A DNA stretch of 64,000 nucleotides from positions 88,908,001-88,972,000 of the forward strand of contig OZ024741.1 of NCBI GenBank assembly GCA_964016885.1, read 5' to 3'. The translations under genes were made by a program, and so were the position numbers. The notes under the pieces are model-generated. The model saw nothing but the letters and a program-made list of their open reading frames with translations, did no database searches and was not told where the DNA came from. Shown here piece by piece: positions 28,321 through 41,513 of the stretch. Within the stretch, counting starts at the first letter, position 1; each line of letters begins with the position of its first letter. The DNA is from Eledone cirrhosa (lineage: Eukaryota).

Positions 28321-31300
28321 TAGCAATAATATAGAGCTCCAATATAACAATAGATATTGTATATGTTCCAATAGATATTGTACATAAATACATATATATC
28401 CCCTCATTTGTTTTAAAATTCAAAATTGCATTTAACATGTGAAATATCAGAACATGATGCTCTAATAAAGTTGAAGACAATTTTTTTTAACAGAACTGAA
28501 ATATATAATTCTCAATCTCAAATTTCACTTCAAATAGCAATAATATAGAGCTCCAATATAACAATAGATATTGTATATGTTCCATATAGAGACAGAACTC
28601 CAATATAATAACAGATATTGTGTATGTTCCATACAGAGATAAAGAAAACAAATAAGAGTGTAATCTCCTGATGAAATAGTGTTGTATGTCAACTAATTCC
28701 TGTGGTTAAATAACTAGAGTCTAGATACATATTCAAAAGCTGCCAAAATGACAATGTTAAGCTACTGTGCATTGGACCTCCATCAGTTTCAACAATGAGT
28801 GTTCCAGTCGTCGATCAACAGAAGGGCATGCTTGTCAAATTAATGCACAGCTGAGGATTCAACAGACACACGTGGAGATTCAGCGTGACTGTGTGTGACA
28901 TGTCTGGCTCTTTGAATTACAGGTACAGTCCATCTGACAGGCTTCCAAACAGTTTCTATCTAGCCAATTTCACTCACAAGACATGGGTTAACTTAAGAAT
29001 ATGGTAAATGACACTTGCCAAGATATTACACAATGGAATCGAACTTAGGATGAAATGATTGTAAAGTGAACTCCATGCTGCATCCACTTTAAGCTACTGT
29101 ATTTGGAAAAGCACACAACTCAAAACAACTTTGCTGACTGTTGAAACTATTTAACTCTTTCCATCACCACCACCACCACCACCATTTAACATCTATTTTC
29201 CATTCTTGCATAGGTTAGATGTGTTGTCACATTCAGAGAGTAGACAGGCAGGTCAATAGACTGTCTTGCTCATGTTCCATATTGGTTTCTATGGCTGGAT
29301 GCCCTTCTTAATGCCAACCACTTCTGGCATATATTGGGTACATTTTCTTGCGGCACCAATACTACCATCTGATAGGGCGAGCTGGATGCTTTTTTTTTTT
29401 GTATTACCAGTACTACAGTGTAGGCTGAATGCATTTTATCATGGCATCAGCACTATTACCTTAGTGTGGACAGGGTGCCTTTTATTGGGGCACCAGTACT
29501 TCCACTTTATAAGATGGGCAAGGTGCATTTTTATTATGGCACCAGTGCTACCACTTTACAGGGTGGGCTGGGTGTATTTTTATTAGAGTGAGTTGCAACT
29601 GATGGTATGCTGAAGCATGCCTGGCTTTCTAATAAGGAGTTAGGCATGTGAATGAGGGAGGAGATTGGGGGAAAAATTATAGTGAGGGAGGGAAAATCAA
29701 GAATCCGAGGGAGCAGATTAAGTGGGGTGGAGGGGGGTTAGATAGTGAGGTGGTGATCGAAAAGGCAGTCTTGAGTTTTGTTACATCTGTCCACCCTTCT
29801 CTTAGTATTCGGAATGCAAAAGGTGCTAGATATGCTGATCTATTCACAAGAAAGATGATACATGAAATGAGAATACTAACAAAAAGTGACTTGCTATATG
29901 AGGAAGTCTTAAAGTCAACTAAGTAAAATCTAAAGTCCTAGTATGTAGAAATAACAGGACTCTGATTCCTTCAAGGAAATGGCCATGTTCAATGTGCAGA
30001 AAGGGAGTTGATAGGAATTCCATATTATGTACACAAGAGATGTAAAGGGATCACAGATAGGCTAACAAAGAACGTAGACTTTGTGGTCATTGCACAGCAG
30101 CAGTAAGTAACAAGAGCTCATATGAAACAGGCACTAGGTGAGGTGGTTGTGTTGGTAACACGACAAAAAGCACCCAGTTCACCCAGTAAAGTGGTCATGT
30201 TGACGACACGACAAGAAGCACCCAGTGCACCCTGTAAAGTGATCGTGTTGGTGACATGACAAAAAGCACACAGACGACTCTGTAAAGTGGTCGTGTTGGT
30301 GACACGACAAAACACACCCATTCTACCCTGTAAATACAGTTGGCATTAGGACGAGCATCCAGCCATAGAAACAGTTCTGTATGAATAAAACATGGTCACC
30401 AACTTGTCTAGCCCATACTAGTGTGGAAGGATGGAAATTAAATGATGATGATGATAAGTAAAGTGAGAACCTGTTAGAAAATGGTCAGGGAGCTACTACC
30501 TCGGCTAGCTATGAAGGGTTTCTATTTCAGAGTGAAAGGTAGATTATATGATGTATGCATATGAACTACAATGCTGCATGGACGTGAGGTCCAGGCCTTG
30601 AGCACAGAAAATCTGCGAAGATTGGAAAGTATTAAGGAACCAAGAGAAAAATTCAGCATAAGAGGGACCAGATGTAGTGTACATGAAAGGAGACTACAAA
30701 GTTATGAAAGATAACAAAATTATAAAGAACAGGGCCATCAAATATGATGGAATTTGTGGAAAAGGAAAACCTAAGAAACATGAAGAAGACTGACCATGAC
30801 ACTGGACATGCAAGCAGGATGTAACAAACGAAATGATAGTGTAGAGACTAAAAGGTACATCAACATTTAGGTCACCACTCCCACTGCCAATATTCCTCAT
30901 ACCTCCATGACACTAACCTTCCCTGTATGTCATTGCCCCCACCTCTCTGAGGATAGAAACAAATCAACACCTCAGTCTGCTTTCCCTCTTGTTATTGAAT
31001 GCCCCCCTCCTTACTATTTAAATTATCCCTACCTATCCCTAATCATACATACTGCATACAGAGTATTGTCAAAATCCCAACAACCTCTGATGCTAATTCA
31101 CCTAACTCATACTGAAAGATACAGTCCATATATAAAGTGGGCTATCTTCACTCAAACCCTACATATGTCCACGAATCTTATGACATTCTCCCACTCCACT
31201 TCACAGCCAGTCATCACTCTTCACTTCAAGGCCACCTCCATGATCCAACATTTGCTTTCACACTCTCTCCTTACCCTCTCAGTAAGCAATATGTAGGTGT

Positions 31301-32281
31301 CATTGATACCCATCCCACAAAGCCACTTTTGCAATGCTCTCATTTTCCCTCACTCCAATTACTGCCTCTCTACCTGATATTAGTGCCACAACAGAGTACA
31401 CCCAATATTTTCTGAAGTGATAATACTGGTGCCATGATAAAATGCACTCAGTACAATCTCTAAGGTGCCTGCATTAGGAATGGTATCCAGCCATAGAATC
31501 CCTGCCAAAATGGAATGTATAAGCAAGATGTGATCATACCCTATCTTGTTTCAGAAAGTAACAACCTGTCCAATCCATGTTAGCATGGAAAACATTTGTA
31601 AAACAGTGATGATAATAATGATACCTAACCAAGAATGATATTAATCTTACATTCACTTCATGCCTTGCAATCAAAGCTAAACCCTGATCCTTGATCTTCC
31701 ACCCCCAGAGCCTAAGAAACAATCTATTTTCATATAAAAATCTTCTGAAGTAAACACAAGCTTATTAAGATACAAACTTTGAGTTACTAGATTTAGTAAA
31801 TAGCTAGCTATGCTATTATTCTAATGATACTTAGAATACCTTCCAGAGCAACCATACTGACATGTCAACTGAGTGTCTGTGTAAGTACTCTGCAAGGTTT
31901 ACAAATTACTTTGTTCAACATTATAAATAACATCACTGAACATAGCCAATGAAAGAACTTCTAAACGGTCACCTAACCTGCTAGAAATAGCATGCAGATC
32001 TCACTCAGATCACACTTTCCTGTCTTGGCTAAGTGCCCCTGATACATTGGATAATGTACCATAGATATGCCATACCTCTAAACTTTGTCATTATCAAGCT
32101 GGTGTTTTGTACATAACAAAGGCTGTTGCATAAAAATATGATGGAAGGTTTTCAGATAATTATAAACACATTAAAACAAACAGATCTGCACTCTAGGGCA
32201 AGGGGTGGTTCTAGGTGGTTTGGTATCAAAAGGACTGTATTAAATGTCATCATAGTTAATATATTTCACTAAAAAGGATAC

Positions 32282-32422
32282 AATAGGTATAGAAGCTGCT
32301 TGGAAGTCAGCTATGGTATATTTAAAATTTAAAGGGCTGATAAAGTCCAGCAAGTGATGCGGACATTCAGCTCTTTCCTCCATTGTCACTTTGTTGGTAA
32401 TAATATCCAATCCTTTATATGT
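32282..32422 (-). CDS. TRIT1: TRIT1 coding exon 2
   Basis: Acceptor ttttgtttctattgcag. Encodes TYKGLDIITNKVTMEERAECPHHLLDFISPLNFKYTIADFQAASIPI (47 codons; YxGLDIITNK and PHH motifs). Followed by GTATCCTTT. Confidence 0.95.
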
Positions 32423-32494
32423 CTGCAATAGAAACAAAAACAATTAAAGTCAATACAACAATAGTGTAGAGAATGTTGGTTAAACAATTAGAAA

Positions 32495-33161
32495 ATAACA
32501 TAGAATATGTTGCTGTGGATCCACCATAGACGCTTTCGGCCCCCACCCATTGTCCTGTTGCTAGTGCTGGCCCCCTTCCATGCCATGCTGTTCTCAATGA
32601 GGTCATAAAGCATGGCTTGGATACTGCAGGCTTCCCCTTCCAGCTCGAGCCAGCGGGGCTGGCAAAAGGCCAGACGGCATGACCATCTTCCCGTTCTGCA
32701 ATGGTAAACCCTTCATCTGGGATGCCACATGTAACAACACATTCTCCAGCAGCAACCTAGTACAGTCTGCGACTAACCCAGGCCCTGTTGCACTTCGAGC
32801 CGAGAAGGGTAAACTCTCCAAATACCGGTCGAGCCGGTAACAGTGGAGACTTTTGGTGTTCTTGGCCCTAGGGCCACCTCTCTACTCACCACTATTGGCA
32901 CAGAGTTGGCTACCTGTAGGTGTGAGCCTTGCAAGCTGGAATAGCTCTTCCAGTGCATCTCCCTCACTTCCCTCCAGGGAAACGCCTCCTCTATTCTGTC
33001 CATCAGGACCACAGGGTGGCCAGTGCATGGGCCCCCATTTGTTCATAATAGTAAGAGATGGGGAGAGCAGGATAAATGGAGGCAGTGACAGTGGGAGTTT
33101 GGTTCCTTTGTTTATGGACCTGGTGCATATGTATATATTTCATGAACAACAACAGTAACAA
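32495..33161 (+). mobile_element. 5'-truncated CRE-like non-LTR retrotransposon (restriction-like endonuclease end)
   Basis: + frame GKRPDGMTIFPFCNGKPFIWDATCNNTFSS...AEKGKLSKY...VETFGVLGP and QGNASSIL. Has an (AAC)n-like tail and a diverged ~24-bp TSD at 32471-32494 and 33162-33185. Confidence 0.75.
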
Positions 33162-35682
33162 GAATGTTAGTTGAACAACTAGAAACTGACATCTGACAGA
33201 CACAGAAAATAGGAATATATGAATCAATTAGTAAAATTACTTAGGAGATTAATGAAAAACACTGAACACCAGTGACTATTTTTATTTTTTTTACTGTTTT
33301 GTCAAGAGATGGGCAGTATCCATGGCCCTATATCAGGGTCCCCAAAATTAGTGAGAGAGAAGAAGGTATCCTCAGACCAGAAACCTGATCCAAATGTTTG
33401 CAACAGAGTATATATGAATGCAAGGACAAGATGGCAGTGTTAACCTGGGCAACATATTAAGTGTACCACTCAACAAAAATAATGACTAGATTTGAACTCA
33501 GAATGCAAAGAGCTAGAACCAATACTGCAAGACATCTTGTCCACCACCATGGACTGGTACTTTATTATGGACAATACTAGTGTAGTGTTGTTGTCATGAT
33601 AAAATACATCCAGTCCACTATGTAAAGTTGGTGCCACAATAAAACACACCCAGTAAGGTGGTGGCATGATAAAATGCTCCCAATACATACTGTAATTGTC
33701 ATTAAGGGCATTCAACCAAAGAAACCAAGTCAAAAATGGAACATATGAGCAAAATATGGTCATCTAACTTGTCTAGCCTCAGAATGTGATAACCTGTCTA
33801 ACCTATGCAAACAAGGAAAATAGATGTTCAATGGTAATGATGAATACAAAATGGGACATGCAGATTTATGTCAGATAATACAGCAAATAAGAATGAACCA
33901 ATAAGACAGCAGATTATGCAGTCATGATCAGATTTAGATCACCAATGATTGATTATAGGGAGTATTTGAAACAACACCTCAGCTAGTATCAAAAGAGAAT
34001 GTTGTTTGAGATAAAGATAGATTAACCCTTTCATTACTATATTTCTAATGAAAAACTGCCTACAATTGCACTGAAAGCTTAGCCAGAATAAAAACAGACT
34101 GGAAAAAGTTTGTGGAACTACTAACTCAGTTGGTAACAAATATTCTCTGAGCAAAGGGTAGATTGTATATTCCTGCATGCGAAGTTTGATATTAATGAGA
34201 CATAGGCACTGAATGCAGAGGATATGCGAAAGTTGGAGAGAAAAGAAATGAGTATTCTCCATTGAGATAGTAGCTCCACAAACTTTTTCCATTCTGTTCT
34301 TATTCTGGCTAAGATCTCAGGCCAACATCATCCACTGTTAATTAGGCCACTAAGGTAAGTGAAGCTATCAACCACTTCTGTAGGTCTTTCCTAATATTGG
34401 AGAAAGTTTATTTCTCTGATGCTCTTAATACCAACTATCCCTGTGCATCTGCCACATATGAAGACTACTTTTTCTGTTAGCTTACCTGCAATCCATTACA
34501 CCACTTGTGTACTATCTTTATATTGAGTACACTGTATAGAATTCCTACTAACCCATTTCCTGCCAGTTGAACACAACCATTTCCTATTTGTTATCAGGGT
34601 CTTCTTTCCTACATACTAAAACTTTACTTCACACTATTTGTGCAGCTTAGTGATTCATGCATGATAATCAGTGCCTTATTAAAACAAAAGGGCATCCAGC
34701 CATAGAAACACTTTCCCATAATAAGTCTCATCTTATACTAGTTGCCAAATGTGTGTGTGCTCAAGTACACATTTTAGAGGAAACAAGATGGATTTGAAGA
34801 TGTTTGTGTTCTTAAGTGATACTGCATTAAGTAGAGAGAGAAATTAGTATAATAGAAATCAGGTGTGGTGTGCAACAGAGAAAACTGAGCTGATATGATG
34901 TTTACAGAAGATGACAGTTCAGTAAAGAAGTACCAAGTAATCTATGTGGAAGGAACCTGTAAAAAAGGAAGACATAGGTAATAAAAATTGACTTGAGGCT
35001 GAAAGACTTCAACAAATGGTAAAACTGTATAGGAGAAGACCCATCCAATCTGTGCCAATATGGTAAAGTGGACATAAAATAATGATGATGGGGATGGTAC
35101 AGATTCTATTGGTCAACAAAATCCTACATGGATCTCATGTTTTTAACCTTGTAAAAGTGGTTTCTTCTGCAAGATATTTTACTTAAGATGGTTGTACTGG
35201 TGACATGACAAAAGCACCCAGTCCACTCTTTAAGATGATAGTTCTAGTGCCACAAAACAATAAGCATCTAATCTATCCTATTAGGTGGTCATATTAGTGC
35301 CACAAAAAAAGAACCCAGTCTATTCTGTAAGGTGGTAGTGCCAGTGTCACGAAAAACAACACACCCAGTCCACACTGTAGGGTAGTCATACTGGTGTCAT
35401 GACAAAAAAGTCTACATTGTAAGGTGGTTGGCATTAGGAAGGGCATCCAGCCACAGAAAACCAAGCCCAAAATGGATCATATGAGCAAGATGCAGTCACC
35501 TGACCTGTCTAGCCTCATAACATAACAGCCTGTTGAAACCATACAAGCATGGAAAATAGATAATAGTGATAACATGATCTATGTCAAAACGTCCTGACTG
35601 TTGAGTTGATAATACTTTGGGGATGCATACAATATACAGTGGGGACATAAAAGAAAATCATGATGGGCACAAGGATGGAAAA

Positions 35683-35985
35683 TGTGGTTTTGTAGCTAGA
35701 TCCACAATAGCCTATTGTGTGTCCAGAAGGGATGGGCTGTTGTCGTTTTGGAACTAGATCTATGATGGCCTACAGTGTGTCCAGAAGAAAGGGGCTGTTG
35801 TGGTTTGGGAACTAGATCCACAATGGCCTACAGTGTGTCCAGAAGGGATGGGCTGTTGTGGATTTGTAGCTAGATCACAATGGCCTAGTGTGTCTAGAAG
35901 GGATGGGCTATTGTGGTTTTGTAGCTAGATCCACAATGGCCTACAGTGTGTCCAGAAGAGATGGGCTGTTGTGGTTTTGTAGCCA
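35683..35985 (+). repeat. minisatellite, ~58-bp unit, ~5 copies
   Basis: Unit approximately TGTGGTTTTGTAGCTAGATCCACAATGGCCTACAGTGTGTCCAGAAGGGATGGGCTGT. Confidence 0.9.
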
Positions 35986-37564
35986 CATTGTCTTACCTAA
36001 CTAACAAGGATCACAAAACAAAAATTGACATACTAGAGACAATTGGAGAATGTTTCAAGAGACAGACTAATGAGAGAAAACAGCAAATGCATGGTTATGG
36101 TGATCCCAAATGCACTGGTTTGATGCAGTGGATGTAAGTGCACTAGGCTGATGTAGTGGCTCTGGTTTGGTACAGTGACTGCAGTTGTTCTGGTTGCAGC
36201 TGCTGTGGTGCAGTGCAGTGAATGTATGGTTATGGTGGTTGCAGCTACTCTGGTGCAATGTTGTGACTGCATGATTATGATGATTGCAGCTGCATTGGTT
36301 TGATGTAGTGGTTACAGCTGTTCTGGTGTGGTGCAGTGATGACATGGATAACAAAACAAATTTTTAAAATACTACAATGTTGGACAAAAAAGCTAGGACA
36401 TTCCCTGATAGCATCAATGCTGCCTGAGAAAGTTATACTTCTGGAAAGTGCTGAAATCTTAAGAGATTTCAGGCAACAGCTGATGAATGGTATGTTCCAC
36501 AAAGCAAGATATATGTAAGATATATATGATAATTGTCTTTTGTGTAGTGTGTTTTGGGCTAGTTTAGGTGTGTTGTATTTTGTTATATAACATCAGTGGT
36601 CTGCTTGAGTACTGAGCAGTTTGTGATAACACATCCAATCTTCGTTAGCAGGGAAAACGGATGTATTCACTGTGCAAACTAGACCCCATGTTTAAACCAA
36701 AGTGATCTCTTTGCAAAATGAACTGAAAGACACTAGTTTCACTAGGTCATTACTGGCTCATCAGGTGTATTTACTTTTTTCTACAGTAGCTTCTATCGAA
36801 TTTGAGTGAAATATACAACACTAATTATGAGCAATAAAATCCTAGAAAAATAGATCTTATGTATAATACGCAGTGACAATAAATGCACTCAGTACACCCT
36901 GTTAAGTGTGATGGTGCATAGCCTAGTGGTTAGGTGTTGGACTACGATCATAATATTGTAGGCTTGATTCCTGAACTAGATGGCACATTGTGTTCTTGAG
37001 CAAAACACTTCATTTCATCTTGCTCCAGGATTCAGAAAACTCAGCAGAAAATGAGTACTAGTAGTAGCTGAGAGGTAACCCTGTGATAGACTAGCATCTT
37101 ATCCAGGGAAGTCTTGTACTCTTAGTCAATGATGATGAAACCAGAATAAGTACCATCCTCATGAGCTAATTTTTTAACTTTAATTTAATGCTGTTAAGTG
37201 GTTGGTGTTAAGAAAGGCATCCAACCTTAAAAAGCATGTTAAAAATTGAAAGTATGAATAAAACATGGCCCTCAAAGAGGGTAATAACTTTGATTAAGTT
37301 TAGACTTGGGCCATATCATGACGTCCAACTCATGCTATCATGGAAAAGGAATATAAAATATTAATGTATGACTACATGGTTAAGAGTTCATTTTCTTGTA
37401 CTATTCCACAAAACACACAACTCTGCTTCTTTCAGTCAGTCTGGTTCCATTATATATTTCATAATTCAATAGTTAGTGTGAGGAAGGGCATCCAACTGAA
37501 AAAACAAATGATCCATGAAATTCATCCCATCAATGTTAGTATAGGAAAATGGATGTAAAACAAG

Positions 37565-37608
<44 letters not shown>

Positions 37609-37637
37609 TATATTCATTTTTCCATTAACATTACAAG

Positions 37638-37713
37638 GGGCCTGACGAGCCACAGATTACAGAGTCGGGTCAGATCGAACCTTGAGGTGATCAGTGGCGA
37701 AGCGTGCATCACC
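37638..37713 (+). ncRNA. decayed type I hammerhead ribozyme motif
   Basis: GGC-CTGACGA-GCCACAGATTAC...GTGATCAGTGGC-GAAG-CGTGCATC-ACC. Stem II is intact but the core GAAA is mutated to GAAG. Confidence 0.5.
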
Positions 37714-39029
37714 AACCATTAATGGTAATGAAGGAGTAACCAATCGTCCTTGTTATCTTATTTCACTATAATACACTGTCTAGCTCTACACCTCAACACT
37801 GAAGTGAACCTACAGTAACTCCAAGTTACACTCCCTGGATATGGATATATATATATATATATATATATGTTCCCCAATACTTTCTCATTTCTTCCTTATT
37901 CTTTTCTTCTCTTACTCTACTCCGAGAAACTACAGTAACTCCAAGTTACACTCACTGGATATGGATATGGATATATATATATATATATATGTTCCCCAAT
38001 ACTTTCTCATTTCTTCCTTATTCTTTTCTTCTCTTACTCTACTCCAAGAAAGGATTTAACCCAAAACGTCAATCCTTTTTTTTCTATCCCCATTTGGAAT
38101 ATTTCTACTGTACACACGCTATTCATATTTTTCTACATACTTTTGTCTTTTATTCAATGTTTCCCTATAAACCACTCCTTCTGCTAGCATTGCATAGATA
38201 TTAGTTGAACCCTCGTTTGATATTGTGCTATGTCTTCAAGTAAAGAACCACTAACCAATACTCTACTTGGCTGCAGTTTCACCTGGTTGAAAAACAGGTG
38301 CCACACCCACTTAATGGTTGAAGGGTTAACAGTAGCAAGATGCAATCACAGACACGAGTGAAAAGAAATAATTCAGCAGTAACAATGTGCAAATTGCTCT
38401 GTGAAATATTAGTGTTTAGATTGTTTTGTTTTGTTCCCTGAATCCCACTGCACTTTTGGGTGCATCTAAGAAATATATAGACATACATATATATCGAAGA
38501 CATCGTTAATGCTCATTTATAAAAATAACATTTAGGCATTATATCTATAAATTTATATCATTTGTTTACATACACACACATATTATATATATATATATAA
38601 AATCTTATTCAATCAATGATAACCACAATATAAAGTTTAAATATGATAAATATATTTATAAACACACTCAATAGATTTAGATGGATACCAGCATGCATGC
38701 ATAGCTATGTATTTGTGCATGAATGCATGTGTATATATATATATAAAGGCAACGAAAATACGCAGCTTCTCAGAAACATTTTTTTAAACAATTTATTTAT
38801 TTCATAACATTTTTAGTTACAGAAAATATTGAAAATTGTTAATTTACTAACAAAACAGTAAACATAAAGAAACGAAACGAAGATATTTTAACCTTTCAGC
38901 TTCCGCTTCTATTTTCATCTTAGAACACAAAAAAGGTGTCTACTTTTTTTTATAACAAGTGTGCATTACATTTTTTCAACAGAAATAACTTGCGTTTTAC
39001 ATATATGTACCATTCAATATCGGCTGTTG

Positions 39030-39072
<43 letters not shown>

Positions 39073-39379
39073 CATAATGGTAAACGTGGACCAAAATCGA
39101 CAGAAAATTTGGTTGGATGGTAATTAAAAGACATTATTTTACAGAAAAAAAAACAGACAACAGTTTGGAAAATGTTGGTAAACAAAGAAAGAAATGCTCA
39201 TATTGTATAGTTTTTATAAACTTATCGTTTAAAAGTAAAACAATAGTGTCCAAATAAAAAACATTAACGAAGAAAAGAGATAGCAAAATAGTAAATGCCT
39301 GGTAGCACGTGGAGTAGATATTTCGCTAATCGATAGAAGAAAACAGATCATGAGGTCAATTAGAATAGAAAATACTTAC

Positions 39380-39508
39380 TTGCATGGCATCAGCATTAAT
39401 TATTTCACCAGAAAATACTTTAGCAAGCTCTATGGCGAGTTTAGATTTACCAGTTCCAGTGGCACCTAATACTACAACTACAGGAAAAAGACTACGAACT
39501 GCAGCCAT
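39380..39508 (-). CDS. TRIT1: tRNA dimethylallyltransferase (isopentenyltransferase), first coding exon
   Basis: Encodes [43 protein letters not shown] (43 codons), with the IPT P-loop GxTGTGKS and the EII(N/S)AD(A/S)MQ motif. Followed by donor GTAAGT at 39379, phase 0. Confidence 0.95.
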
Positions 39509-39709
39509 GTTTTTGCCTGTAACTATGGGAGACAAATGCTGCAATAAAATTGTTTTGACTAAAGAGTTTCATATTATTTATTAGTTTCATTATTGTTTCT
39601 TTTTGTTAAGTTATTTTTTGTTTGTTTTGTAATTTTTGTATTTGTCTTTTTTTTTGTGTGTGTGTTGTAGTGTAAATGTTATCGTCTTTATAATAATTAC
39701 TCACACACC

Positions 39710-39791
<82 letters not shown>

Positions 39792-40001
39792 AGGGTCCCT
39801 AGTTGTGTCGGGGAGATGGGGGGGGGGGGGATCACTGTTAAAAAGGGAATCAATACTTTGGTAGAGTATAGGTATCTTTATCATATATAGAAATGACTTC
39901 TACAAGACTACAACGGTTTCAGATCTGACCAGCTTTATCTGACATTCCTAATGATTTCATACGAATGAAACAGTTCTAGTCTTGTAGAAGTCATTTCTAT
40001 A

Positions 40002-40100
<99 letters not shown>

Positions 40101-40150
40101 GACAAGAGAGTTTATGTGAATTTTATCAATGACCACAGACTTAACATGAA

Positions 40151-40238
40151 TACGCTACCTTAGGTTTCAGGACCCAGTTATGGCCACCACTGTATAGTGG
40201 TGTAGTGGTTCAAAAACTAGTCTTTATCATCAGGCGTA
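40151..40238 (-). ncRNA. type I hammerhead ribozyme motif
   Basis: TACGC-CTGATGA-(imperfect long stem II)-GAA-ACCTAAGGT-A-GCGTA. Perfect 5-bp stem I, near-palindromic stem III and a GUA site. Confidence 0.65.
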
Positions 40239-41102
40239 AGGACAAATTCTTCGGGTAATATTTCATTCATAACCCCCACACATACACACATATAAACTTT
40301 TTTTGTATTAAAAGAGGCGACCAATTTTGTGGAATATGAAACATTACACGAAAGACCAAATCATGGTGAAACTATTAGTAGTTATATAAAGAACAATTAG
40401 CTAGCTACTAGTTAAATGTATTTGCACAATGCCTTTTTAACATTCAGTTTTCTTTTGTGTTCATTCCTTATTTAGATTTATATCTCGGTACTCCCACGCT
40501 GGGTAGCACATTGGCCGACAGGCTTCCCCCAACACACTCGATCCACCGCTGCTCCAAGTGATGTTGACGGCTTTTAGATTCTTTTCGAATGCCTGCTGCC
40601 GGGTGATCTCCGGTCTGCCCCTTTTCGCTTTGCCTCCGAGAGGAGATCAAGTCATTCACATTTTCAAGTGCCTGTAATCAGGTAGACGGATAATATTGCC
40701 ATACTCACTCATGGCTCCATAATTATATTTCTTGCAGCGGTCGTCACTTGCTCCCCTCAGAACTCATCGTTTGTAATCCAGTCTCGCCAGGTAATCTTTC
40801 AAATCTGTCAGATGCACTTTTTTATGGACTATATTCAGTTTCTGTCAGTCTTTGCCGTGCTCTTCCAAATCTCGCTGTCATAGGTCACTGTAGGAAGAAA
40901 AGGTACAGTTTAATACTTGTATCGGTAGTCGAAGCTGACCAGACCGATCATACTCGCTGGAACACTGTAACCTTTTCCCGGTTCTGTTGTTGATGTCCAG
41001 TTCATTGTTGCCATTACTGTTTTGAATACTGCAGAAGTAGGTGAAGAAGTTGACTTTGTCTAGCACTTGTCGATTCACCTAGACTGTTGTTTCTTGGTTG
41101 GT

Positions 41103-41513
41103 GTTGTTACTCATCTTCATCACGTTGGTCTTCTTGCTGCTGCTCCTCAACCCAATCTTCTCTGTACTTTGGTTTTCTTGGAGCAGGCCGAGCATCAAGA
41201 AGACCAATGTACAAATAAGATTAGGTTAAGGACCAGAAGCAAGAAGACCAAAGTACCGAGATGATTGGGTTGAGGACTGTTGTATTATTTTGTACCAAAT
41301 CAAAGGTTTTTATTCAATCTAAGAATTATATAGAAAGAGTCAATAAGAGATTAGCATGGGTTAACAATACAACAAACAAGAACAGAACGAATACAACGAA
41401 TAAGAATAAAAAGGAAACAAATCAAAGAGAAGAAAGCGATGCTATAAAACAAATCATGTCATCACAAGGACCAGCTGCAAGAAGACCAATGTGATGAAGA
41501 TGAGTAACAATAT
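41103..41513. repeat. foldback-like element with ~45-bp terminal inverted arms and internal repeated sub-arms
   Basis: TTGTTACTCATCTTCATCACGTTGGTCTTCTTGC vs GCAAGAAGACCAATGTGATGAAGATGAGTAACAA. The CAAGAAGACCAA unit occurs three times on + and twice on -. Confidence 0.7.

Larger units (their letters stand above)
19040..32281 (-). other. U12-type (minor spliceosome) GT-AG intron 2 of TRIT1
   Basis: 5' splice site GTATCCTTTTT (32281-32271). Branch site TTCCTTGAC (19061-19053) with the A at -15 from the 3' end. No polypyrimidine tract. Confidence 0.9.
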
